Shown here piece by piece: positions 10,206-19,534 of a stretch of 32,000 nucleotides of DNA (positions are counted from its first letter, which is position 1; the number at the start of each line of letters is the position of its first letter). A program made the translations under genes and the position numbers. The stretch lies in assembly GCA_965231145.1 (NCBI GenBank), contig OZ246420.1:270001-302000 (forward strand), written 5' to 3'. The notes beneath the pieces are model-generated. The model worked only from the letters and a program-made list of their open reading frames with translations. It was not told the DNA's origin and did no database searches. The stretch comes from Candidatus Saccharimonadota bacterium (lineage in GTDB: Bacteria; Patescibacteriota; Gracilibacteria; Absconditabacterales; Absconditicoccaceae).

Positions 10206-11231
10206 TTACAGCTGTTTTTCTATCTCTGCGTTGATCTCAGCAGCTAGGTCTTTGACTTGTGTATTGAAGTCCGGCTGCACAGGAACTTTAGCTCCGGCAG
10301 CGTACATGTGGCCGCCACCGTTGAAATGGAGTGCAACTTTCTGGACATCGATTCTTCTGCCGTCAGCCATATAGCCTGATCTGAACGATAATCCAACCTT
10401 GTCATCTGAACCTTTTCTGATGATAGCAATGACTGGTATAGCTTTCAAAGGTCTCAGATAACTAAAGATGATGGCATCTACTTCGTCTTTATCCATTCAT
10501 CGGCTTAGTATTTCTTCTGTGGTATATCGAGCATAGCAGATATGTTTTTCGCGAGTCATTCTCTGTATCATGAGCTTTGATACTTCGATAGAAGATCGGT
10601 CGCTGTTATTGAAAATATGTTGGATGACCCAATCTTTCTTTGCGCCGTATTCTATTAACCCGACTGCATTTTTCATCGTTCTGACAGAGTCTTTTTCATA
10701 CTGAAAGTTTCCCGTATCAGTCACGAGTCAGATATACCGGTAGGTCGCAATTGTCTCATCTATGAACTCTGGTCGACATTGTATACTTATCTCATAGAGG
10801 AGCTCGCAGCAACTCGAGCTGTCGACATCTTTCAGGAGAACCACCGGTTCAAAGACATCGTCTCCGATATGATGATCGATGATGAGTTTTTGTTTAGCAG
10901 TAAAATACTCCTCATGTCCTTCCGTGATCTTGTTGATGCGTCTATAGCCAGTAAAGTCTACAAATACTATCAGATCCCACGCATCGCTATAGTCAAACTC
11001 TGTACTAATTTTTTCTAGCCCCGGTATAAAATTATATGATCTTCATGGTTTTGTTGTAGTAAAATATCAGATTTCTTTCCCAAGTTTCTCTAGCAGTGTC
11101 CCAAATCCTAGCATCGAACCTATAGCATCACCATCAACGCTTTCGTGGCCAAAAATAGCGATCTTATTCGCATTGCTTATTTTCGTCTTACATTGATCGA
11201 GGAGTTCACTTGAAAACATGGTTATTTTCAT
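10206..11231 (-). CDS. nrnA: DHH/DHHA1 family phosphoesterase (NrnA-like oligoribonuclease / pAp phosphatase), about 341 aa.
   Basis: The family motifs are present: IAIFGHESVDGDAIGS, IIDHH, LVTDTGNFQY and DHHA1 GGGHMYAAGA. Four track ORF pieces share one frame and are joined by TGA at 10497, 10728, about 11043 and 11067. The start could be any of several ATGs at 11219-11261. Confidence 0.75.
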
Positions 11232-11305
11232 CAAATATAAAGAAGCAGCTAGATTATACATGATAACATTCTATATGCTATCATCTACTTGCTAACTGCT
11301 ATATG

Positions 11306-13780
11306 CTATTTGGTAATCAGTCCCTTTTCTACTAAGAACTTTGCAAGATCTCCGAAGAGTCTACCTGCAGTATATTCACCGTACTGATTTGTTCTTGGTC
11401 TACGAACGTGGATGACGACAATATATTTCAAATCATCCCTTGTAACCATGCCTACGAATGAACCATCTGTCCATCCATTTCCGTTCATATACTTTCCTTT
11501 GAAGGCAATCTGAGATGTTCCTGTTTTTCCACCTATCGTATAACCTGGGATCCCGTACATTTTTGTAAGCCCTCCATAGACGTCCTGAAAGAGAACTTCT
11601 CTGATTTTCTCACTCGTTTCTGGTTTGATAATCTGGTTTCCAACCTTAGGAGTATTCACAATATATTGCTTCGTCACGGGATCATAAATCTTATCTATGA
11701 TCGTTGGCTTTACGATATATCCGCCATTTACCAGCGCGCTATAACCTGCAGCAATCTGTACTGGTGTCGCAAGCATACCTTGTCCGAACGCATTATTATA
11801 GAATTGAGAAAGCGGGATGTTGTTTGGGCCTTCGATCTTACCCTGTGTTTCACCGGCAAGCTCTATACCTGTCTGCTTACCAAATCCAAACTTATCCATA
11901 AAGTTATAGAATACTTCTTTTCCTATTTTCTGAGCGATTCTTACCATTCCCACGTTACATGAGTAGACTACTGCATTTATCAGCGGATGAAATCCGCCGC
12001 AGTGTTTTTTGTCTGCGTTATTAATAAGCTGAACCACGCCATTTCCAATATCGAGTTTCAACTGATTGTTATCTTGGTAGTAGTCATAAAGACTTACTTC
12101 ATCGCTATCGAGACCAAAGGCCATCGTAAATGGTTTGATGATCGAACCTGGTTCGTATGGCTGCGCAATGTTTTTGTCGATAAATACCTGAGCTCCCATC
12201 TTATTTGCAGCGACATATTTTTGTAGTGATGGATCTTTTCTCTGGTCATATGTTGTCGGTATGATTTTTTCTCCCGAGAGGAAGAAGACTGGAATATCTC
12301 TATAGGTGTCGTCGTTTATAATAGTACTTTCAGTAAGGCTTAATGGCTTCAGTTTATATGCTTCCTGATAGTTGTTTGGATTAAAGGTTGGATAGTTCGC
12401 CGATGCTATGATCTTACCATTGTGAGGATCCATGATGATGGTAGATATTTCGTCAGCGTTGAATATCTTTGTATAGTATTCTTGTAGTTGCTCAAGCTTC
12501 CTCTGGATGAGAGGATCTATCGTAAGATAGACATCACGTCCATCGATAGGCTGTGTGATAGCAATATCATTTGATGCGATTTGTCCGAGGAGCGGCGTAG
12601 AAAGTCATTGTATTTCTCCTGCTTTTCCTTTGAGAAGCTCATCGAAATATTGTTCTATGCCATAGAGAGCATAGCCATCTTTTGCGTAAAACCCCAATAT
12701 GTTTGCTGCGAAGTGATTGTAAGGGTAGTATCTTGTTTCGTATTTTTCCAATCCAAGACCATGCAGTAGGGGAATGCCTTTAACGCAGTTTTCTCCTGCA
12801 TTTTCACACGTGTTTTTCACGTTATAGTTAGCATTGATGAGGTCATTGATCTTTTTCGCGAGCGTAGCATTGAGCCCATCAGCGAGCTTTACGTATCTGT
12901 TTTCCTGTTGGACAAATAAGTTAGAGATCTGTTTTTCTGAATATGCATAACTGTATTTCATGAGGATCGAGTTGATCTCTTTTTTCGCATTGACGACGTT
13001 GATTGCTTTAGGTGGTACGACATAGACGTAGTGTTTGCTTTCGATGCTTACGTATGGCAAATTCATCCCTGAGAGGTCTGCAAGAAACTGATCATTTTCA
13101 AAGTAACCGAGATAGTTTTTTTCCTTCACTCCAATGGAAATCTTATTGTCCAGGGTCGCTTTGATCATGTTCATGGCTTGATCTCCTGAGAAGGCATTGA
13201 TGATTTTCGTCCTTTCCTGGTCGATGATGCTATTTTCTTCGACGATCTGTTGCTGCATAAGATCAATTCCTGTTTGTGACCGATAGTTCTCTCCAATCTC
13301 TTGTGTATAGAAGACCGTCTTTGGAGCAGGGAGGATCTGTAGCTGAGCAAAGCGTTCAATGTTTTCTATACAACCAAGTTTATCTACATCTACTAGTCCA
13401 TTTTTTTCACACAGGTGCGCATAGATAATCGGAGAGAGGATATCTATAACTCTTGGTTTGTCCCAGACAAACTTCGGATCGATAAAGACGTTGTACATTT
13501 CCATGTTTTGGGTGAGAGCGATGGGTTTATTGCTTGCATCAGTAAGATAGATATTTCCTCTCTTCGCTTTGATGTTTGTTTTATTGAAATGCTGTGCAGT
13601 CATCACATCGCTATAGTTTTTCGCCTGTATGATCTGCAGATAGAATAGTCTGATGGTAAGTACAAGAAAAAGAAAAGAAAGGATCCATAAAAGCTGAGCT
13701 TCTCTGGTGATTTTTCTTTTACCAAGACCGAATTTTTCTAGTATCTTATGAGCGAGCTTATTTTTTTTCTCTAATAGCAT
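11306..13780 (-). CDS. Class B penicillin-binding protein (FtsI/PBP2-type peptidoglycan transpeptidase), 824 aa.
   Basis: An N-terminal TM helix (LLWILSFLFLVLTIRLFYL) and RGNIYLTD are present. The transpeptidase motifs are SIIK (SxxK), SCN (SxN) and KTGT. ORFs 12605..13780 and 11306..12433 are in frame and joined through TGA at 12605-12607 (…GEIQ-G-LSTPLLG…DVYLTIDPLIQ). Confidence 0.85.
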
Positions 13781-13897
13781 TTGTGAGCGATTTAGTGATA
13801 TGGTGAAGTTATATGAAAATAGTCGGGGTTTACAAATAATTTCCTCAATAATAGAGGAGTAAAATCAAAAATTATGATCTGATATAATGTATGTTTT

Positions 13898-14094
13898 ACT
13901 CCTGCCGGAGGGGCGTTACTTTTTAGCATATCCCTAAAAAGTAACCAAAAAGGTCTAGCCGATTGTAGCACTCTAATATGTGTAACAATCAAGCATTGAC
14001 TACGAAAGCATTTCGTCCTCACGAACTCAATGCTTTACGACAAACTACTTATCCATACACGACTCCGGAGACGTGGGGTACAATCGGCGGGAGT
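13898..14094. ncRNA. Candidate structured RNA element, copy 1 (unclassified; paralogous to 26208..26398).
   Basis: Closing stem ACTCCTG/CGGGAGT (13898-13904 with 14088-14094). Perfect 12-bp hairpin GTTACTTTTTAG/CTAAAAAGTAAC (13915-13945). 9-bp stem CCGATTGTA/TACAATCGG (13959-67 with 14079-87). Conserved core hairpin AAGCATTGA..ACGAAAgcaTTTCGT..TCAATGCTT (13991-14035). The strand is undetermined; an extended -10 (TGATATAAT at 13880-13888) favours plus. Confidence 0.5.
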
Positions 14095-14108
14095 CTGTAT
14101 GGCATATT

Positions 14109-14165
14109 AAAAAACTCGGTACTTACCGAGCTTATTATATAATAAAAAAATCGGCGGATGCCGAC
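14109..14165 (-). terminator. Two tandem rho-independent terminators after the small membrane protein gene.
   Basis: The minus strand reads gtcggcatccgccgattttttt (14144-14165) and gctcggtaagtaccgagtttttt (14109-14132). Confidence 0.75.
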
Positions 14166-14170
14166 TTTCA

Positions 14171-14569
14171 TTATGCTATAGACTGAACTACGAAGAAGAC
14201 GAGACTTACGAAGAGCCATGCAAGACCGATGAATACGAGTCCGATACCAGACTGTTTCAAGATCTTAAATCCAGCTTCATATTTCTTATCGTCACCAGCT
14301 GCAGTAACCATTTGGAAACCACCCCAGAGAAGCACAATAAGTGCGATAAGTCCGAGCAAACCAAGAAGCCAGTTGATACCGTTCTTGATAGTGAGGATGA
14401 GGCTGTCTCCAGCGAGTCCTCCTTGTGCGCCTGGTACGTCAGGATTGTATGTTGAATTCTGGTTATTAAATCCTCCTGGAGTTGTTGTACTTACTGCTAG
14501 AACATTTCCGATTAGTACAACGCTAGACACAGCACTTGCCACGATAGCATATCCTGTTTTTTTCAGCAT
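14171..14569 (-). CDS. Small secreted membrane protein, T4SS-pilin-like (TrbC/VirB2-type topology), 132 aa.
   Basis: There is an N-terminal signal/TM segment followed by two hydrophobic helices flanking a charged loop: WLLGLLGLIALIVLLWGGFQMVTAAGDDKKYEAGFKILKQSGIGLVFIGLAWLFVSLVFFVV. This is the pattern typical of the small pilin-like proteins common in CPR and Firmicutes. Confidence 0.5.
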   Translation of the reverse strand: MLKKTGYAIVASAVSSVVLIGNVLAVSTTTPGGFNNQNSTYNPDVPGAQGGLAGDSLILTIKNGINWLLGLLGLIALIVLLWGGFQMVTAAGDDKKYEAGFKILKQSGIGLVFIGLAWLFVSLVFFVVQSIA

Positions 14570-14720
14570 AGTAATCTCAAAATTTAAAAGATAAATTTAA
14601 ATGCAATAGTTAGACAAACAATGGATGAATGCAAGGGAAAAACACATTGCAGAGAGCAATGCTGCTTTACTTTTTATTAAAACATATATCCAATATCTTT
14701 TTCTCCGCATTCAGATTGCA

Positions 14721-14856
14721 ATTACACATACAAATGAATAACGTAGTTATATTCCGTGTAACAATTGTGTAGTATGGTATAACATTGTGTAAAAGCGCAT
14801 GTTCTCAATATTACACGACCTTACACAACTTTACACGACCTTACACAATATTGTGG
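14721..14856. promoter_or_regulatory. Array of TTACAC / GTGTAA hexamer repeats in the divergent promoter region (operator- or iteron-like).
   Basis: TTACAC occurs at about 14721, 14811, 14821, 14832 and 14842; the last four are tandem with 10-11 bp spacing. The inverted form GTGTAA occurs at about 14757 and 14787. The palindrome CACAATATTGTG sits at 14844-14855, directly abutting the ATG at 14857. Confidence 0.55.
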
Positions 14857-15252
14857 ATGCAAGAAAAATTTCGTCTTCGAAGTGATCTCAATGAGATATC
14901 ATTAACTGATGCAGAGATGATTGCGTTAACAGATGCATTGGAAAAATATGATACGGTAAAAGCATACCATAGATATCATTACCTTTTCAAAGGATATCAT
15001 GACCTCGCGCATGGCAAAATAGATGATGAGGCATTTTTTACGTTGGGAGATATATCTTCGGATCGTCCTGTGTTTGCAACAGCTCCTGGAGTATCTCTTG
15101 AGGCTCTCTTTTTGATAGAAGAGGATATAGCCCATAGTACGCTCTACATTGTAGAGCAAAGCGCATCTTCTTATTATAACGGAAAGAGCAAAGAAAGAGC
15201 AAAGCTAGAGAAGCTTTTAGCTGAACATAATTCAAAGTTGTTAGTTATCTAA
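14857..15252 (+). CDS. Hypothetical protein, 131 aa (the start is taken at ATG 14857 rather than the track start at 14785).
   Basis: This is an uninterrupted ORF. The upstream 72 nt of the track ORF is the TTACAC repeat array, which is more plausibly regulatory. I recognise no family. Confidence 0.45.
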   Translation: MQEKFRLRSDLNEISLTDAEMIALTDALEKYDTVKAYHRYHYLFKGYHDLAHGKIDDEAFFTLGDISSDRPVFATAPGVSLEALFLIEEDIAHSTLYIVEQSASSYYNGKSKERAKLEKLLAEHNSKLLVI

Positions 15253-15342
15253 TCTTAAAAATCAGAAAGGTTGAATGTTAAATGATAAATACCTTATTGT
15301 ATTTCACATTTAAAATTATTTTTTAGTTTGTAAGTGTATGAG

Positions 15343-16971
15343 ATGTATCGCCCATGAGGATTTCCCGAATTTAATCCACAGCAACAGGCTGTGTTCGATG
15401 CTATAGTAGAGACGCTTAACGATGTTTTCAGACAATATCACTATGAACACATCTGGACTCCAGCAGTAGAGTCTGTAGATATTTTGAAAAAAGGAGGAGA
15501 TATTATTGATAAGCAAGTGTATGGTTTATATGGTCTTGCTCAGGGAGTAGAAGATGTGAAAGACTATGCGCTTCACTTTGATCTTACGATCCCTCTCGCA
15601 AGATATATTCTCGATCATAGGAATGATCTGTCATTTCCATTTCGCAGATACCAGATGCAGCCCGTATGGCGTGGTGAAAGAACGAAAAGAGGAAGATTCA
15701 AAGAATTCCGGCAGTTTGATGTGGACGTAGTCCGGCCTTCGGAAATGAATATTGGAACGTGGTATGACACCGAAACTGTGGCTGTACTTTCGCGCGCGAT
15801 GGAAGCAGTATGTAAAAAGTTTTCTATTACGATCGATTCAGTTTTGAAGATGTCGCATATCGGATTGACGAAGGCGATGCTGGAAAGCTTTGGTGTGAAT
15901 GAGGAGACGAGAGATAAGATTCTTTGATTGCTTGATGGTTACTATAAGATAACGCATGAAGAGTTTACAGAAAAACTCAATGCATTGGCTCCACAAGAGG
16001 TTGCGGCGCTTATCCAAAAAGTTATTGCTACTAAAGATCTCTCGCTTATGGCAGATTATGAACACTATGATGCTATGAGAAATATTTTGACGGGACTCGA
16101 TGAACTCAATATTAACTATGAGTATGATATCTGTATCGTGAGAGGACATAACTACTATAAGTGAATGGTTTGTGAGTGGTTTGATAAGTCAGACATTGCA
16201 CTTGGTTCGCTTGCTGCTGGAGGAAGATATGATAACATCACCGACTTTATCGATCCGAAGCAGTCATTTAGTGGAGTGGGAACGAGCCTTGGAAGATTTG
16301 TCTATCTCGCGATTGAGAAGATTGGTCTTATACCTCCATGTGAGTCATATCTGTTTGTGAACTTTGAAGATACAAACAAAGACATTATCGCGCTTTATGG
16401 AAAATTCCTTTCTCAGTGAAAAGTATGCGAGATGTATCCAACAGCTGCGAAGCTTGCAAAACAGTTTGAATATGCTGATAAAAAAGGGCTTTCACATGTT
16501 GTTATCTTAGGAGGATCAGAGAAAGAAAAACATGTATTCAAATTAAAAAACTTACAAATAGGAGAAGAAAGAGAATATGCTATGGTCGACTGTTATGGAG
16601 CAATAGTTTTTTGTAATCATAAGGTTCTGCTCGTAAAAAATCATCAAGGAGGACGGGGGTTTCCAAAGTGAAAATGAGAGAAAGGGGAAAGTATTGATGA
16701 AAGTATTCTCAGAGAGTTAGAGGAAGAAACAGGTATTAATAAAGTAAAATTACTTTCGAGTCATCTCTCTCAGACAAGTTATTTTTATGATAATGGAGAG
16801 TTGATATTCAAAACTATTCAGTATAAAGTTTTTGAAACACCTAATGATAAAGTCTCTCTACAAAAAGAAGAACTTGCTGAATATAAGTGGGCTACTCGTG
16901 AAGAGGCATTAAAACTTCTGCCGCAAGATATGCATCATCTTATTGATCCAGTAAATAATTATTTTCTTTAA
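15343..16971 (+). CDS. hisS: Histidyl-tRNA synthetase fused to a C-terminal Nudix hydrolase domain, 542 aa.
   Basis: Class II aaRS/HisRS motifs are present: FRRYQMQPVWRGERTKRGRFKEFRQFDVDV, HNYYK-G-MVCEWF, AAGGRYD, plus an anticodon-binding domain (VVILGGSEKEK). The same frame continues without a stop into a perfect Nudix box G-KGEKG-E-SIDESIL-RELEEETGI. Five track ORFs share one frame and are joined by TGA=Gly. The N-terminus MYRPGGFPEF is recovered through TGA at 15355. Confidence 0.85.
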
Positions 16972-17006
16972 AAAAGAACCGCTCGGACATGCCGTGCGGT
17001 TTTTTA
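16972..17006. terminator. Bidirectional terminator between hisS-nudix and the lipoprotein gene.
   Basis: The sequence aaaaagAACCGCtCGGacatgCCGtGCGGTTtttt forms a stem flanked by an A-run and a T-run. Confidence 0.7.
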
Positions 17007-17027
17007 AATTACATTGTTGTACGTCTG

Positions 17028-17525
17028 TTAGTTGAGGTAGGCTGTCATGCTGGCTGCTTTTTTGCCGCTTCCTTTGAGAGGAACGACACTAGCAATGAGC
17101 CAGCCGGGACAAGCGGTAGTTATCTTATTCGTTGGAATAGTAACCGAATAGGAATTGTTCTTGATAACTACCGAGATAGGAGTCATAAGTCTATCGGCAT
17201 GAGTGGCTTCGTCGTAGAGGTTTATCTCTACGTTTACATCCGTATAGCCTGCAGGCAGCTGATCCCATTTGAGCGTCAGCTGTGCTGAGTTGCTTACAGA
17301 GAACGAACCTTTGTCCAGCCAGTTTATATTGTTTATCGTGCCCGTCAGATGCAGGAAGCTGTCTGTTGGGTTAGTGGGAGTCGTGGTAGGTGTTGTCACT
17401 CCCGGATTGGTATTTGGAGGATTAACTACCACTGTGCTGTCTTTTATCTTGTATTTGTCGTTCTTGTTGCAGCTTATTGTTATTGCTGCTATCGCTATTG
17501 CGATGAATGTGATTGTCTGTCTCAT
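17028..17525 (-). CDS. Putative lipoprotein, 165 aa.
   Basis: The signal peptide ends in a lipobox-like AITISC. A Pro/Thr-rich linker follows (NPPNTNPGVTTPTTTPTNPT). The gene ends at TAA. Confidence 0.6.
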   Translation of the reverse strand: MRQTITFIAIAIAAITISCNKNDKYKIKDSTVVVNPPNTNPGVTTPTTTPTNPTDSFLHLTGTINNINWLDKGSFSVSNSAQLTLKWDQLPAGYTDVNVEINLYDEATHADRLMTPISVVIKNNSYSVTIPTNKITTACPGWLIASVVPLKGSGKKAASMTAYLN

Positions 17526-17549
17526 AACTTGTTCTTTTGTGTTTGCGCT

Positions 17550-17966
17550 TTAGTTTGTAATAATAATGTATGCGTTATATTGTTTGCTGTTTTTTGCGGC
17601 TGAAGCATATGCTTTGAACCATCCTTTTTTAGGGCAATCAGATGATACCCACAGTAACTGATGTGAATTTTCTTCGCCATACTTTGATTGATACTTATAG
17701 CCACCAAGCGAGTCTGAGATTCGTACATATAAGGTTGCTGTTGAAGTTGTTTGCTTCCAAGAAGCTTCAATATTTAGTCCTTGAGCCGAATCTATAACAA
17801 GCGTGTCAGTTTTGGTGCCATCTAATAACCGATGATTGATGCTTACTTTGAAATTGAGTAATGAATCATTAGGTGGTGAGTTCGTCACGGTAATTGTTTC
17901 CGTTTTTGTGCACGAAGCGACAGCAAATGCTATGCTTATAAGTGCTAACTTAATGAGTGTTTTCAT
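17550..17966 (-). CDS. Putative lipoprotein, 138 aa, a distant paralog of the neighbouring lipoprotein.
   Basis: MKTLIKLALISIAFAVASC is a signal peptide plus lipobox. It shares a C-terminal CP..GW motif with 17028..17525 (CPKKGWF versus CPGWLI). The ATG at 17966 is preferred over the TTG track start at 18008. Confidence 0.55.
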   Translation of the reverse strand: MKTLIKLALISIAFAVASCTKTETITVTNSPPNDSLLNFKVSINHRLLDGTKTDTLVIDSAQGLNIEASWKQTTSTATLYVRISDSLGGYKYQSKYGEENSHQLLWVSSDCPKKGWFKAYASAAKNSKQYNAYIIITN

Positions 17967-18103
17967 AGTTTTTTTGTTTAGGCCTGTATGATACTTCTCA
18001 AAGCTCAAAAGTCAATCCTTTTTGTTGAAACCATGTGAGGAAACTGTCAGAAGAAAGGCTTGTAGTTGCCGAAGGTCTCATTACAACTACTAAACAAATA
18101 TTT

Positions 18104-18162
18104 GATACAGATGACAGATACAGATACTGTATGTAAGGGTATCAGTATCTTGTATCAGTATC
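18104..18162. promoter_or_regulatory. GATAC x3 / GTATC x4 opposed repeat array upstream of dnaB.
   Basis: GATAC occurs at 18104, 18117 and 18123. GTATC occurs at 18139, 18145, 18152 and 18158. The tandem 13-mer GTATCAGTATCTT is present twice. The array ends 26 nt before the dnaB ATG. Confidence 0.5.
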
Positions 18163-18187
18163 TTTTAGTAGTAAGTAAGTTAATTAG

Positions 18188-19534
18188 ATGGTAAGTCTCG
18201 AAGATATCAAACTGCCTCCTCATAATATAGATGCGGAAAAGTGATTGCTCTGTTGTATTCTTCTCGATAATGAGGTGATGTTTTTGTGTGACAGCATGCA
18301 CTTATTGCCGGAAGATTTCTACCAGAAAGAACACCAGATGATCTTTGAAGGTATGAAAGATCTCTGGGGGAGTCGTAAGACGATAGATATAATTACTCTC
18401 GGAGATGCTCTAGTAAAAAAGCAATATTTTGATCTTGTCGGGGGAAATGATTACCTTTATGAGATATCAACGGCAGTCATGACGACTGCAGTGGGTGGAG
18501 AGTACTCAAGGATGGTAAAGGAGAAGGCGATCCTCAGGAATGTACTTAAGGTTGCACAATGAATTATCGGAGATGTCTATGAGCATAGGGAAACGATAGA
18601 GATTATTGATACTATTCAGAAGCGTATCTTCGAGTTGACACAGTTTGACATGTCAGATTCGACAAAGCACATTAAAGAGATCTTGGAGCAGCGTGTAGAA
18701 GAGCATATGGAGCTGGTGGATAACCCAGAAAAGCTCAATGAACATAAGATTATGTCCGGGTACTTTAAGCTCGATGACTATACAAGTGGCTTTAAACCTG
18801 GAGAGTTGGTTATCCTTGCAGCCCGTCCTTCTATGGGTAAAACGGCTTTTGCCCTCAATCTTTTGCTCAATGCAGCACTCAAACATGGTAAATCGGTGGC
18901 ATTTTTTTCTCTGGAAATGGGTAGTGAGCAGATTGTAGACAGATTGTTATCAGCGGTTTCGGAGATTCATATGGCTAGAATGCAGAAGGGACAGCTCAAT
19001 GAGTCTGACTTTGCAGAGCTGGGAGAGGCTATGGAAAAGCTAGGTGATACCAGTATTTTCATCGATGATCAAGGTGGTGTTACTATCCCGGCTCTTAAGT
19101 CTAAGCTTAGAAAGCTGAAAATCGAACGTGGACGCCTCGATATGGTAGTTATCGACTACCTTCAGCTCATGAGCGGCGGCAATAGTAAGTTCGCCGGAAA
19201 CAGAGTTCAGGAGATTTCCGAGATTTCTCGTGGTCTAAAAGAGCTTGCAAGGGAGCTAAAAATCCCTATTATTGCACTCTCCCAGCTTTCACGTAATGTG
19301 GAAGCACGTGTGGACAAAAAACCACAACTTTCCGACCTCAGAGAGTCTGGGTCGATCGAACAAGATGCCGATACGGTGATCATGCTCTATAGAGACGAGT
19401 ACTATGACCCGGATACGGATAGAAAATGAACGGCAGATGTCATCATCAGGAAGAACAGAAATGGTCAGGTGGGTGAGGTTGAGCTCTCGTTCAGAGGAGA
19501 AATACAAAAATTTTATGACGTTCAAAAATCTTAA
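18188..19534 (+). CDS. dnaB: Replicative DNA helicase DnaB, 448 aa.
   Basis: The N-terminus reads LPPHNIDAEK-G-LLCCILLD. Walker A is AARPSMGKTAF. Also present are DYLQLM, SQLSR and RESGSIEQDAD, and the C-terminus DRK-G-TADVIIRKNRNGQVGEVELSF. Three in-frame TGA fall at 18242, 18560 and 19427. Confidence 0.9.

Noticed and set aside
13991-14035. Possible hammerhead-type ribozyme in the conserved core (GGACGAAA on the minus strand).
   Set aside because: The CUGANGA box is absent (the sequence is GUGAGGA), and there is no stem II between it and GAAA. The GAAA lies inside a simple hairpin stem. No other small-ribozyme consensus I know fits.
14229-14594. A 121-aa plus-strand ORF antisense to the pilin-like gene, and ORF 13792..14022 over the structured element.
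   Set aside because: The minus-strand product of the first has a coherent signal peptide and TM topology. The second lies in a region whose conservation pattern (paired stems, covariation) is RNA-like rather than codon-like.
14851-14859. DnaA box or oriC near the repeat arrays (TGTGGATGC at 14851; repeats upstream of dnaB).
   Set aside because: There is only one 7/9 match to TGTGGATAA. I noted no cluster of TTATCCACA-type boxes and no dnaA or dnaN in the window. The TTACAC and GATAC repeats do not resemble DnaA boxes.
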